Counted from the first letter of the stretch, positions 50,669 to 61,043 are shown. The stretch: 64,000 nucleotides of DNA from an uncultured Gemmatimonadales bacterium (GCA_963850905.1 CAWKMU010000003.1:2208001-2272000); one strand, 5' to 3'. Program-made: numbers and translations. Notes: generated by a model not told the origin, from the sequence alone.

Positions 50669-52366
50669 ATCGCCCGGGCACGGCGCTGCGCCGTGATGTA
50701 ATCGCTGGTACGCATCGCGAGAGCCAGTATCGTCCAGGTCGGGTTCTTATCGGCTTGGGAGACAAACGGCCCGCCGTCCGCCACAAATAGATTCTTCACG
50801 TCGTGAGCTTGACACCATCCATTGACCGCCGATTGCGTCGCGTTAGCGCCCATGCGCGTCGTACCGAGCTCGTGGATGATGCGGCCGCCGGCGGCAATCC
50901 CGTACCCGTCCTCGGCGGAGGGCATTGGATCGAAGACCGTGCCGCCCATCTCTGTCGATGATCGCTCGACAGGTCTCCTGCATGTGCTTCACCTGCTTGT
51001 ACTCATAATCGCTCCACTGCCAGTGGAAGCGTAGGACGGGGATGCCCCATCGATCGACCATGGCCGGATCGAGCTCACAGTACGAGTCGGCGTTCGGGAT
51101 CATCTCGCCCCTCCCGGAGAAGCCGACGACCGTGCCGTAGTAATGGCGATAGTCCTGTTTGAGGGTGGCGCCATATCCGCCCGAGCCGAAGCGTTCGATC
51201 CCCGACATGAAGCCGTAGGCCGGCGCGTGCAGCCCGCCCCACGGCTCGATGTGATAGCCGCGCGGAAAATCGAGCGTCTTGTTGTCGACCCACCACGGCA
51301 TGTAGATGTGCATGCCGCCGACGCCGTCCTCGTTGTGCGGCACGTGGTCGGCCAGCCGCGGAACGAAGCCTTCCACGTCCGTGCCAGTGGTGTCCGTGAG
51401 GTATCGGCCGACCACCCCGCTCGTGTTGGCCAACCCGTTCGGGAACCGCGAGGACTTGGAGTTGAGCAGCAAGCGAGCCGACTCGCAGGCGCTCGCAGCG
51501 AGTACGACGACGTCCGCCATGACATGCTCGTCGCGTCCGGTCTGCTTGTCGATGTACGCGACACCGGTCGCGCGTCCACTCGCGTCCGTCGTCACCTCGC
51601 GCGCCATCGCGTTGGTCAACAATGTCAATCGTCCGGTTTGACTCGCAGGATCGATGAGGACGCCAGGGCTGGAGAAATTGGAATTCGTCTTGCACCCGCG
51701 AGAGCATTGCGCGCAGTAGTGACAGGCGGCCCGCCCGTTCAGTGGACGGGTCAGAATCGACAATCGGGACGGCAGGCACCGCACGCCCAATGTGCCACAC
51801 GCCTGCTTGATGAGCAGCTCGAAGCACCGTGGTCGAGGCGCCGGCAAGAACAGGCCGTCGGGATCGTTGGGCAACCCCTCGTTGCTGCCAAAGACGCCGA
51901 TCAGCTGATCGATCTGGTCGTAGTACGGTTTGAGATCGTCGTACCCGATCGGCCAATCGTCTCCGAGACCATCGAGACTCTTCCGCCGGAAGTCGTCCGG
52001 CCCGAAGCGAAGCGAGATGCGCCCCCAGTGATTCGTGCGGCCGCCGAGCATCCGCGCGCGCCACCAATCGAACTGCTGACCGGCAGCGACGGTGTATGGC
52101 TCGCCGTCGAGGCTCCAGCCCCCAATGCATGCATCGAACTCACCGAACGGTCGCGTGGGTGTCGAGGCGCCGCGCCGGGGTGACTGGTACGGCCACTCGA
52201 ACATCGCGCCGTTGACGATCGCGTTCCAATACGGCCCGGCCTCGAGCAGCACGACGCGCGCGCCAGCCTTGGTCAGCGCGTACGCCGCCATGCCGCCGCC
52301 TGCGCCGGAGCCGACGATGGCGACATCGTACTGCAATCGTCGCGGTTGAAGATTGGCAGACTCCAT
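50665..52366 (-). CDS. GMC family oxidoreductase, LacA-like (extra base near 50953)
   Basis: IVGSGAGGG, LGGRTNHWGR, CHYCAQC, IHELGTTRMG, KNPTWTILAL. Confidence 0.9.
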
Positions 52367-52374
52367 GGACGTAG

Positions 52375-52380
52375 ATTATA
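52375..52380 (-). promoter_or_regulatory. Candidate -10 box (TATAAT) of a leaderless transcript
   Basis: Perfect TATAAT 8 nt upstream of the GMC ATG, no SD sequence. Confidence 0.6.
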
Positions 52381-52397
52381 CGGGCGACGGGCGCTTC

Positions 52398-52484
52398 GCG
52401 CCCGAGAAAGCAGACCGACAGAAAGTAGAAAGTAGACCGCGACAACCGGCCTTGGACCGGTAGGGGCGACGCATTGCGTCGCCC
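52398..52484 (+). repeat. Right copy of ~88-bp REP-ended inverted repeat
   Basis: GCGCCCGAGA...CAGAAAGTAGAAAGTAGACC...CCGGTAGGGGCGACGCATTGCGTCGCCC. Confidence 0.92.
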
Positions 52485-52511
52485 GAACGAAGGGCACAGG
52501 AGAATCGGGCA

Positions 52512-53492
52512 ATGGAACAGCGATCACTCGGCACGCAGGGCTTGCGCGTGGGCGCGATCGGCCTCGGCTGCATGGGAATGACGCACGGATATGGCGGGGG
52601 CGAGGAGACCGAGTCGATTGCGACGATCCACCGCGCGATCGATCGCGGCGTCGCCATGCTCGACACGGCCGAGATGTACGGGCCCCACACCAACGAGGAG
52701 CTGGTGGGGCGGGCTATTCGCGGCCGTCGAGAGGCCGTGATTGTCGCGACGAAGTTCGGATACCAAATCGATCCGGCGGGCAAGCGTCTCGGCCTCGATG
52801 GGACGCCGGAAAACGCGAAGCGTGCGGCCGAGGGATCGCTGCGGCGTCTCCAGGTCGACGTCATCGACCTGTACTACCTCCATCGGAAGGACCCTACCGT
52901 GCCGATTGAAGAGACGGTCGGTGCGATGGCGGAACTGGTGACCGAAGGCAAGGTCCGCTACCTCGGCTTGTCCGAAGTGAACGGTGAGACCATGCGGCGC
53001 GCTCATACCGTGCATCCGATCAGCGCGCTTCAAAGTGAGTTCTCGGTGTGGGAGCGCCGCATCGAGGAGACCATTCTGCCGGCCGCGCGGGTGCTCGGTA
53101 TCGGGTTCGTGCCATTCAGCCCTCTCGGCCGCGGCTTTCTGGCAGGATCGATTACAGGGGCGGGAGAGTTGCCGACGACGGACTTTCGCCATCACATCCC
53201 GCGGCTCAACACCGAAAACGCCCCGAAGAACGCGCGCATCGTCGCAGCGCTGAAAGTCATCGGCGATCGCCACGGGGTCGCGCTGTCACAAGTCGCCCTG
53301 GCCTGGGTGTTGGCTCGGGGCGCCGACATCGTGCCGATTCCGGGCACCACGCGGCGCACGCACCTGGATCAGAACCTCGATGCCGCCGACCTCCGTCTGA
53401 CCGACCAGGAATTGTCGTCGCTCAACGGACTGGCTGCGCTCGTGTCAGGCGAGCGATACACCCCGCAGATGGCGAGCACAGTCGAGTACTGA
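52512..53492 (+). CDS. Aldo/keto reductase
   Basis: IGLGCMGM, DTAEMYG, ATKFG, IDLYYLHR, PFSPLGRG, IPGT. Confidence 0.93.
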   Translation: MEQRSLGTQGLRVGAIGLGCMGMTHGYGGGEETESIATIHRAIDRGVAMLDTAEMYGPHTNEELVGRAIRGRREAVIVATKFGYQIDPAGKRLGLDGTPENAKRAAEGSLRRLQVDVIDLYYLHRKDPTVPIEETVGAMAELVTEGKVRYLGLSEVNGETMRRAHTVHPISALQSEFSVWERRIEETILPAARVLGIGFVPFSPLGRGFLAGSITGAGELPTTDFRHHIPRLNTENAPKNARIVAALKVIGDRHGVALSQVALAWVLARGADIVPIPGTTRRTHLDQNLDAADLRLTDQELSSLNGLAALVSGERYTPQMASTVEY

Positions 53493-53502
53493 GGCGCGGC
53501 CA

Positions 53503-54003
53503 CTACTCGAAGCTGGGCTCGTACTCCTCAGGCGCAGGCTGATGTGGTTGGCCCGTGCGGCTCAGCATGCGCGCGCAGGTATTCCACCGCAGGATCGCCT
53601 CGTCGTTGTCCGCCGGACGGATCGCTTCAGCAAGGCTGTAATGGTGCATGGCCTCGCGCAGCCACCCGGCTGCGACCTCCGCTGCACGCGGGGCGCGTTG
53701 GCGCGATTGTGCCTTGCCTCGTCGCTCGCAGATGATGCCCGCGTAGTAATGCTGGTGGTATGCGTCGTGTAGACGCGGCAGCACCCCGCGCGCTCGCGTG
53801 ACGCCCGCGCTCAGCTCATCGCCAATCTGGTCCGTGATGGCCAGCAAGAGGGTGATCAGCGCCTGCTGATGGCCGGGCTCTACCTCGAGGACGTCGAGAC
53901 AGATGCTCTCCGCCGCCGCAGAATCGTTGAGGAGCCGATAGTGCTCCGCCTTCTCGAGGGCCGCCGGGATCGCGGTGCGGGCGATCGGTTTGAGCGAGTA
54001 CAT
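53503..54003 (-). CDS. Hypothetical helical (TPR-like) protein, last gene of the sdh operon
   Basis: AESICLDVL, YYAGIICERRGKA, AILRWNTCAR; starts 4 nt after the sdhB stop. Confidence 0.75.
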   Translation of the reverse strand: MYSLKPIARTAIPAALEKAEHYRLLNDSAAAESICLDVLEVEPGHQQALITLLLAITDQIGDELSAGVTRARGVLPRLHDAYHQHYYAGIICERRGKAQSRQRAPRAAEVAAGWLREAMHHYSLAEAIRPADNDEAILRWNTCARMLSRTGQPHQPAPEEYEPSFE

Positions 54004-54007
54004 CGGG

Positions 54008-54850
54008 TTAGCTCCCGTCGGTCGCCCCGCTCGAGCCGAGTCGACGCCGCGAAAACAGCTTCACGAGGCGGCCGAGCGGGTCGTAGAACTCGTCGACGAC
54101 TCGCTCCTTGAGCGGGATGATCGCGTTATCGGTGATCGTGATGCTTTCCGGACACACCTTGGTGCAACACTTGGTGATGTTGCAGTATCCGATCCCTTGC
54201 CCTTGCTTGACGTCGGGAATCCGATCGGCGACGTCCAGCGGGTGCATCTCGAGCGCGGCTGTGTACACGAAGTGGCGCGGACCCGCAAATGACTCCTCTT
54301 TGTGATGCTCGCGCAGCACGTGACACACGTCCTGACAGAGGAAGCACTCGATGCACTTTCGGAACTCCTGCGCGCGGTCCACGTCGCTCTGCTGGATGCG
54401 CCAGGTCCCGTCCGGCGCGTCCGGCGGACGCGGAGTGAACTTCTGGATGCGCTTCTTCGCCCGGTAGTTCCAGGACACGTCCGTCACGAGGTCCTTGATC
54501 AACGGAAAGGTCCGCATGGGTTCGACGGTCACTGGTGCGTCGAGCGACAGGTCGCTCAACCGCGTCATACACATCAGTCGCGGCTTCCCGGCGACCTCTG
54601 CGGAGCAGGATCCACATTTACCGGCTTTGCAGTTCCAGCGAATGGCGAGGTCGTTCGCCTGTTCGGCCTGGATCTGGTGGACAGCGTCGAGGACCACCAT
54701 GCCGGGTGCGACAGGCGTTCGGAAATCCTCGAATGCACCACCCGCAGCCGTCCCGCGCCAGATTCGAAAAGTCGCCGTTCGCGGCGCTTCGGCCGCCGCG
54801 CCCTGACTGGCGGCCACCGCGGGCGCCTTATCGAGCTGTGTGGTAGCCAC
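54008..54850 (-). CDS. sdhB: Succinate dehydrogenase/fumarate reductase Fe-S subunit
   Basis: CKAGKCGSC, CIECFLCQDVC, CNITKCCTKVCP. Confidence 0.9.
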   Translation of the reverse strand: MATTQLDKAPAVAASQGAAAEAPRTATFRIWRGTAAGGAFEDFRTPVAPGMVVLDAVHQIQAEQANDLAIRWNCKAGKCGSCSAEVAGKPRLMCMTRLSDLSLDAPVTVEPMRTFPLIKDLVTDVSWNYRAKKRIQKFTPRPPDAPDGTWRIQQSDVDRAQEFRKCIECFLCQDVCHVLREHHKEESFAGPRHFVYTAALEMHPLDVADRIPDVKQGQGIGYCNITKCCTKVCPESITITDNAIIPLKERVVDEFYDPLGRLVKLFSRRRLGSSGATDGS

Positions 54851-54929
54851 TACTCGAGATCCCCCTGTGGACGTGGAGCCGCCGGCTCCCGTCGATGGAA
54901 ACGGTCAGCAATGACGCGCGGCGAAGCCA

Positions 54930-56741
54930 TTAGCCCATCTCCGCAATGATACTCTGAAGCTCGGGTGGGGTGGCAGCGATCGCCTCCCGACCAAGCTCCA
55001 TGCGGCCGTCAGCCCCCTGCCGGATGACCAGGTTGTAGGTCCCCGCAGATGCGTCCTTTTTTGGGTAGTCGTCGCGGAAGTGCCCGCCACGGCTTTCACG
55101 CCGCTCGAGCGCGGACCGTGCGATGGCTTCGGCGACAGTCAGGAGATTTCGCAGGTCGAGGGCGGTGTGCCATCCGGGGTTGTATTCCCGGTGACCTGTC
55201 ACCGACACGCGGCTTGCGCGCCCCTGGAGCTGGAGGATCGTATCCAGGGCGCGGCGCATCTCTTCTTCGCGTCGGACAATGCCAACGAAATCCTGCATCG
55301 TCGACTGCAATGCGTGCTGGACATCGTACGGACTCTCGCCGTTTTCTCGGCCGAACGGCTCGAGCGCGTGTCGCGCCGCGTCGTCGACAGCGCCGCCATC
55401 GATCTTCGTCGGGCCGTGTTGGCCAGCGAACTGCGCAGCATAGTCGCCGGCTCGCTTGCCGAAAACGAGCAGGTCAGACAGCGAGTTGCCCCCCAATCGG
55501 TTCGCTCCGTGCAGGCCGGCCGCGCACTCGCCGGCAGCGAAGAGTCCTGGCACACTCGCCATCTGCGTGTCACCATCGACCCGGATGCCGCCCATGACGT
55601 AGTGAGTCGTCGGCCCGACTTCCATCGGCTCCGCCGTAATATCGATGTCGGCAAGCTGTTTGAACTGGTGGTACATGCTCGGCAGCTTCTTTCGAATGTG
55701 CTCGGCGGCATGAGGGAGCCGTTCCTTGATCCACGCGATATCCAGGTACACCCCGCCATGGGGACTCCCACGCCCCTCTCGCACCTCGCGCACGATACAA
55801 CGCGCGACGTGATCGCGAGTGAGGAGCTCCGGAGGACGACGCGCACTCTTGTCGCCCTGAGTGTACCGCCAGCCCTCATCCGGTGTGGTGGCCGTCTGAG
55901 CCTTGTAGTTGTCCGGGATGTCGTCGAACATGAAACGGCGCCCTTCGCTGTTCTTCAGGATGCCGCCCTCGCCCCGGACGCCCTCAGTCACGAGAATACC
56001 GCGCACGCTCGGTGGCCACACCATGCCTGTCGGGTGGAACTGCACGAACTCCATGTCCTGAAGCGTGGCGCCAGCGCGATAGGCGAGTGCCTGGCCGTCA
56101 CCCGTGTACTCCCAGCTATTGCTCGTGATCCGGTAGGCTCGTCCAATGCCCCCCGTGGCAAGGACCACGGCCTTGGCACGGAAGACGTGAAACCGCCCCC
56201 GCTCTCGGTCGTACACAAACGCGCCGGCAACGCGCTCCCCATCCTTGAGGAGCGTGACCACGGTGCACTCCATATGCACGTCGATGCCCTGATGAATTCC
56301 GTGATCTTGGAGGGTCCGAATCATCTCGAGCCCTGTCCGATCACCGACGTGGGCAAGCCGGGGGTACTTGTGGCCTCCAAAATTCCGCTGCAGGATGCGC
56401 CCATCGGGGGTGCGGTCGAACAGCGCCCCCCAAGCCTCGAGCTCCCGAACGCGATCAGGCGCTTCCTTCGCGTGGAGCTCGGCCATACGCCAGTTGTTGA
56501 GGTACTGGCCACCGCGCATCGTGTCGCTGAAGTGCACGCGCCAGTTGTCACGGTCATCGACATTGGCCAACGACGCCGCGACACCGCCTTCGGCCATGAC
56601 CGTGTGGGCCTTGCCGAGCAGCGACTTGCACACGAGGCCGACCGACACGCCGTGCGACGCTGCCGCGATCGCTGCCCGCAAACCGGCGCCGCCGGCGCCG
56701 ATCACGAGGACGTCGTGAGTGATTGTTTCGTACTCAGCCAT
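54930..56741 (-). CDS. sdhA: Succinate dehydrogenase/fumarate reductase flavoprotein
   Basis: GAGGAG, KAHTVMAEGG, QFHPTG, EGVRGEGG, HYVMGG, HGANRLGGNSL, ESRGGH. Confidence 0.92.
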   Translation of the reverse strand: MAEYETITHDVLVIGAGGAGLRAAIAAASHGVSVGLVCKSLLGKAHTVMAEGGVAASLANVDDRDNWRVHFSDTMRGGQYLNNWRMAELHAKEAPDRVRELEAWGALFDRTPDGRILQRNFGGHKYPRLAHVGDRTGLEMIRTLQDHGIHQGIDVHMECTVVTLLKDGERVAGAFVYDRERGRFHVFRAKAVVLATGGIGRAYRITSNSWEYTGDGQALAYRAGATLQDMEFVQFHPTGMVWPPSVRGILVTEGVRGEGGILKNSEGRRFMFDDIPDNYKAQTATTPDEGWRYTQGDKSARRPPELLTRDHVARCIVREVREGRGSPHGGVYLDIAWIKERLPHAAEHIRKKLPSMYHQFKQLADIDITAEPMEVGPTTHYVMGGIRVDGDTQMASVPGLFAAGECAAGLHGANRLGGNSLSDLLVFGKRAGDYAAQFAGQHGPTKIDGGAVDDAARHALEPFGRENGESPYDVQHALQSTMQDFVGIVRREEEMRRALDTILQLQGRASRVSVTGHREYNPGWHTALDLRNLLTVAEAIARSALERRESRGGHFRDDYPKKDASAGTYNLVIRQGADGRMELGREAIAATPPELQSIIAEMG

Positions 56742-56750
56742 CGATGAGGG

Positions 56751-56770
56751 GCTAGACGTTAGACGTTGGA
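56751..56770. repeat. Isolated arm of the TAGACGT heptamer element
   Basis: GCTAGACGTTAGACGTTGGA matches the left arm at 2072-2099. Confidence 0.75.
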
Positions 56771-56816
56771 GAGCTAACCGAGCGGCCGCTCGCGGGGCAC
56801 CGTGACGACCCTCTGT

Positions 56817-57617
56817 TCAGAGGATTCTCCAGTCGTGCCAGATGCCCATGGAGCAAAGCCGGACGTAGAGGTCGGCGAAAGCGACGCCGAACAGGCTCAT
56901 CCACGCCCACCGCATGTGCCATCGGTTGAAGCAACTCGCGCAGTCATACAGGGTGCGCTGCACCGGCCGACCCGCCATCCGATCCAGGTACCCGCCGACG
57001 ACGTGACGGAGCGAGTGGCATCCGAAGGTGTAGCTGGCGAGCAGTACGACGTTGAGGGCAAGGACCAACGTGCCGACACCGATGCCGAAGGAGACGTGCC
57101 CAGCGCCATCGGTAAACCACAGCGCATCCCACACGTCATGCGCGAGGATCACCAGGAACACCAACGCCACGTACAGGAAATACCGGTGGACGTTTTGCAT
57201 GATCAACGGAAAGCTGTGTTCACCATGGTACGTGGCTCGGGGCTCGCGAACCGTGCAGTTCGGGGGGTCGGCCCACATCGCCTTGTAGTATGCCCCGCGG
57301 TAGTAGTAACAGGTGACCCGGAACAGCCCCGGAAAGGGCAGGATCAGGAGCGCAGGGGAGAAGGGTAGCCACGCCGGCCAGGCCGCGGGCTTCGCCCCGA
57401 ACCACGCCGTCGCCGGGTCTCCGAAGAGTTCCGGCGAATAGAACGGGGAGAGGTAGGGTCCAAACCGATAGTGGGCGTTCTGAAACGCAGCCCAGGTGGC
57501 GTAGACGATGAAGGCGGTCAGGAGGACCGCGACGACGGCCGGCTGCACCCACCAGGCATCCCGCCGCATGGTGAGCGTGTGAGGAGAGTCCACAACCGGA
57601 AGCTGCACATGCGCCAT
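56817..57617 (-). CDS. Sdh1-type (Rv0249c-like) membrane anchor
   Basis: YLSPFYSP, FRVTCYYYRGAYY, QNVHRYF, GCHSLRH, HMRWAWMSL; about 5 TM segments; first gene of the sdh operon. Confidence 0.8.
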   Translation of the reverse strand: MAHVQLPVVDSPHTLTMRRDAWWVQPAVVAVLLTAFIVYATWAAFQNAHYRFGPYLSPFYSPELFGDPATAWFGAKPAAWPAWLPFSPALLILPFPGLFRVTCYYYRGAYYKAMWADPPNCTVREPRATYHGEHSFPLIMQNVHRYFLYVALVFLVILAHDVWDALWFTDGAGHVSFGIGVGTLVLALNVVLLASYTFGCHSLRHVVGGYLDRMAGRPVQRTLYDCASCFNRWHMRWAWMSLFGVAFADLYVRLCSMGIWHDWRIL

Positions 57618-57751
57618 GATCGAGTCTCGCGCTGCCCAGGGGCGGCGTCTGGTGGCTGACGAGTGGTGATGGTGTCTATCGGTCCGGATATTCTTCCGCG
57701 CGGCGGGGGCTGTCAACGGCCGCGGTGCAGAAACGTAGATTTTACGCTCAT

Positions 57752-60700
57752 ATGCTCCTGGTCAATACACGAGTCACGCCACCCCGATTCTCCGTCGACG
57801 AGGCTGCGGCGGTGCTCGCCGAGTGGTACGGACTGAGCGGTACCCTCGCGCCGCTTCCGAGTGAGCGCGATCAGAACTTCCACGTCGTCACCACCGCTGG
57901 CGACCAGGTCGTGCTCAAGATCGCCGACACGAGCGAGGACAGGAGAACGCTCGACTGCCAGGCTGCAGTCCTCGAGCGGCTCTCCTCAGCGGGAACGCGC
58001 TTCCAGTTCCCGAGCGTGCGCCCCGCCGTAGACGGGCGGCTCATCGTGGAGGTCGACGGTCCAGACAGCGGGCGCCATTTGGTGCGGGTGCTGCGGTATG
58101 TCCCGGGCGAACCGCTCGCGAACGTTCGGGCGCACACGCCCGCTCTGCTCGAAGAGGTGGGAACGCTCATGGGCACGATGGCGCGGATTCTCGACGGTGT
58201 CAGCGTGCCATGCGTCGACCGAGGACTGCGCTGGGACCTGCGACTCGGCCGACGAGTCGTCGGCCAGTGCCTGTCGGCCGTCACCCGGGCGGATCAACGC
58301 GGGCGCATCGAACGGTTCCTGGCCGCGTTCGACCGTGACGCGGTTCCCCTTCTGTCGACGCTGCGGACCAACATCGTCCACAATGACGCCAATGACCACA
58401 ACGTGCTGGTGTCGAGCGCCGACCCCGACGATCCGCTGCGGACGCGCCATGTCACGGGGATCGTGGACTTCGGTGACCTCGTCGACTCGTATGTGGTCGG
58501 CGAGGCGGCCATCGCCGCAGCCTACGCCATGTTGCGCAAGCGTGACCCCGTGCAGGCTGCAACGCACGTGGTCCGTGGCTATCACGCGGTGCATCCGCTG
58601 ACGGATCGCGAGCTCGCCGCCCTGTACTCGCTCGTGTGCTTGCGCCTCTGCACCAGCGCGGTGCTCAGCGCACACCAACGGGCCCAGGATCCGGACAATG
58701 CCTACTTGTCGGTCAGCGAGACGGCTGTCTGGACCTTGCTCGCACGGCTCGAGCCGGTCGACCCCGACCTGGTGCAGTACCAGTTGCGCGCCGCATGCGG
58801 GCTGGAGCCGTGTGCACACGCGGCGGACGTGCGGCGGTGGCTCGTCTCCCACGCGGAACGAGTTGGCCCGGTCCTCGATCCCGATCCCCGCGCATCGCCG
58901 CGGGCGACTCTCGATTTCAGCGTGGCGAGCGGCGATTGGGCGGCTCGCAGCGGCCGTGAGGATGTGTCGTCGTGGAGCGCTGCCATTGCCACCCGAATGC
59001 ATGCGGATGGCGCGTCGGTCGGCGTCGGGCGGTACGGGGAGGCACGCCTGTGGTACACGGCGCCGCAGTTCCGCACGGCCACCGACTCGGGCGACGAGTG
59101 GCGGACCGTCCACCTGGGTGTGGACCTTTTTGTGCCCGCCGGCACGGCCGTGCTCGCACCGATCAATGGCACGGTGGAGAGCGTACGCAACAACGCCGGG
59201 CGCCTCGACTACGGCCCGACTGTCGTGTTGCGCCACGAGATGCCTGGCGCGGACGCGCCCTGGTATACGCTGTACGGGCATCTCGATGAGGCGGCCCTCG
59301 CCCTGCAGCCAGGTCTCGCCGTTCGCGCGGGAGACCGGATCGGCGGCGTCGGCGCATCGCGAGTCAACGGCGGCTGGCCCCCCCATTTGCACCTCCAGAT
59401 CATCGCGGATCGCGTGGGCTGCGACGGAGACTTCCCAGGCGTCGCTCGCCCGAGCGACCGTGCCGTCTGGATGTCGATCTCTCCCGACCCGAACCTGATC
59501 CTCCAGTTTCCCGAAGGGGACAGGGCGGACGACGGTCCGGGCGATCGCGTGTTGCTCGCCGCCCGGCGGGAGCGGCTGGGGCGCTCGCTGAGTATCGCCT
59601 ATCAAACGCCACTGACCATCGTGCGCGGTCGGATGCAGTTCCTGTTTGACGGGGATGGACATCGCTATCTCGACGGCGTCAACAATGTCGCGCATGTCGG
59701 CCATTGCCACCCGCACGTCGTTGCGGCACTGCAACGCCAAGCCGCAGTGCTCAACACGAACACGCGATATCTCCATCCCGCGATCCTTCGCTACGCCGAG
59801 CGTTTGACGGCGCACCTTCCGACTCCCCTGTGCGTCTGCTTTTTCGTGTGCAGTGGGAGTGAGGCCAACGAGCTCGCGCTCCGACTGGCTCTTGCCCATA
59901 CGCAACGTCGCGATGTGGTCGTGGTCGATCACGCGTATCACGGCAATACGACCTCGCTCGTAGCGCTGAGCCCCTACAAGTTCGACGGGCCCGGCGGCAC
60001 CGGCGCGCCGCCACACGTGCACAAGGTCTCGATGCCCGACCCGTATCGCGGCGTCCACCGAGGGTATGCCGCGGACGCAGGTCGCGCGTACGCGGCCGAA
60101 GTGGGCGAGGTCGTGGCGGCGCTCGGCCGGTCAGGCCCGGGCGTCGCCGCCTTCATCGCCGAAGCGGTCAGCAGCGGCGGCGGGCAAGTCGAGCCGCCCG
60201 CCGGATACCTCGCCGAGGCCTATCGGCACGTGCGCGCTGCTGGCGGCGTGTGCATCGCCGACGAGGTACAGATCGGGTTTGGCCGGGTCGGGACGCACTT
60301 CTGGGGGTTCGAGACGCAGGACGTGGTGCCCGACATCGTCACGCTGGGCAAGCCGATCGGGAATGGGCACCCGCTTGGTGCCGTCATCACCACCCCGGAG
60401 ATCGCCGCGTCGTTCGCAAATGGCATGGAGTACTTCAACACCTTTGGCGGCAACCCGGTTTCGTGCGAGGTGGGGCTGGCGGTCCTCGATGTCATCGAGC
60501 AGGAAGGACTGCAATCCCGCGCGCATCGGGTCGGCGAATACCTCACGCGCGGACTGCGCGCCGTCGCGGAACGCCATGTGCTCGTCGGCGACGTTCGGGG
60601 GCGCGGGCTCTTTCTGGGCGTGGAGCTCGTGCGGGACCGCGATGCGCGGACCCCTGCGCCCCGCCATGCGGCCTACGTCGTCGAGCGCATGCGAGAGCGT

Positions 60701-60829
60701 GGGGTGCTGCTGAGTACCGAGGGACCGTTTCACACCGTCATCAAGATGAAGCCGCCGCTCGTGTTCTCGGAGGACGATGCCGACACGGTGGTTCAGTCGC
60801 TTGCGGAGGTACTGTCCGAGCTCGATTGA
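57752..60829 (+). CDS. Fusion of APH-like kinase, M23 peptidase-like domain and class III aminotransferase/phospholyase
   Basis: HNDANDHN and DFGD; HLGVD and [28 protein letters not shown]. Confidence 0.9.
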   Translation: MLLVNTRVTPPRFSVDEAAAVLAEWYGLSGTLAPLPSERDQNFHVVTTAGDQVVLKIADTSEDRRTLDCQAAVLERLSSAGTRFQFPSVRPAVDGRLIVEVDGPDSGRHLVRVLRYVPGEPLANVRAHTPALLEEVGTLMGTMARILDGVSVPCVDRGLRWDLRLGRRVVGQCLSAVTRADQRGRIERFLAAFDRDAVPLLSTLRTNIVHNDANDHNVLVSSADPDDPLRTRHVTGIVDFGDLVDSYVVGEAAIAAAYAMLRKRDPVQAATHVVRGYHAVHPLTDRELAALYSLVCLRLCTSAVLSAHQRAQDPDNAYLSVSETAVWTLLARLEPVDPDLVQYQLRAACGLEPCAHAADVRRWLVSHAERVGPVLDPDPRASPRATLDFSVASGDWAARSGREDVSSWSAAIATRMHADGASVGVGRYGEARLWYTAPQFRTATDSGDEWRTVHLGVDLFVPAGTAVLAPINGTVESVRNNAGRLDYGPTVVLRHEMPGADAPWYTLYGHLDEAALALQPGLAVRAGDRIGGVGASRVNGGWPPHLHLQIIADRVGCDGDFPGVARPSDRAVWMSISPDPNLILQFPEGDRADDGPGDRVLLAARRERLGRSLSIAYQTPLTIVRGRMQFLFDGDGHRYLDGVNNVAHVGHCHPHVVAALQRQAAVLNTNTRYLHPAILRYAERLTAHLPTPLCVCFFVCSGSEANELALRLALAHTQRRDVVVVDHAYHGNTTSLVALSPYKFDGPGGTGAPPHVHKVSMPDPYRGVHRGYAADAGRAYAAEVGEVVAALGRSGPGVAAFIAEAVSSGGGQVEPPAGYLAEAYRHVRAAGGVCIADEVQIGFGRVGTHFWGFETQDVVPDIVTLGKPIGNGHPLGAVITTPEIAASFANGMEYFNTFGGNPVSCEVGLAVLDVIEQEGLQSRAHRVGEYLTRGLRAVAERHVLVGDVRGRGLFLGVELVRDRDARTPAPRHAAYVVERMRERGVLLSTEGPFHTVIKMKPPLVFSEDDADTVVQSLAEVLSELD

Positions 60830-60854
60830 GGTCCCGCGGATTGGGCCGAGCGAG

Positions 60855-61043
60855 TCAGGGCGAGGTGGCGTCCGGTCGGTGGAGAGTCGGGTCGGCGGCC
60901 GCCTCCAACGCGTTCAGTCGTGCGACCCGTTCGCGCGCGTCTCGGGAGGTTTCCGCGGCTTCCTCGATCGCATCACGACGCAAGTCGGGAACGTCTCGGG
61001 GGACGGGGTGCAGCTCCGTACTGTCGAATCCTGTGTCCGTCAT
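60855..61043 (-). CDS. Small hypothetical protein (62 aa)
   Basis: ATG preceded by GAGGG; charged helical sequence; fills the gap between genes. Confidence 0.35.
   Translation of the reverse strand: MTDTGFDSTELHPVPRDVPDLRRDAIEEAAETSRDARERVARLNALEAAADPTLHRPDATSP

Noticed and set aside
48694..52484. Autonomous IS or composite transposon
   Set aside because: No transposase inside or nearby and no clear target-site duplication. Kept only as a non-autonomous or inversion hypothesis.
55080..56747. 555-aa plus-strand ORF, and similar long ORFs such as 57986..60058, 37921..39411 and 44371..46062
   Set aside because: Antisense or overlapping shadows of well-supported genes, with no motifs; expected in high-GC DNA.
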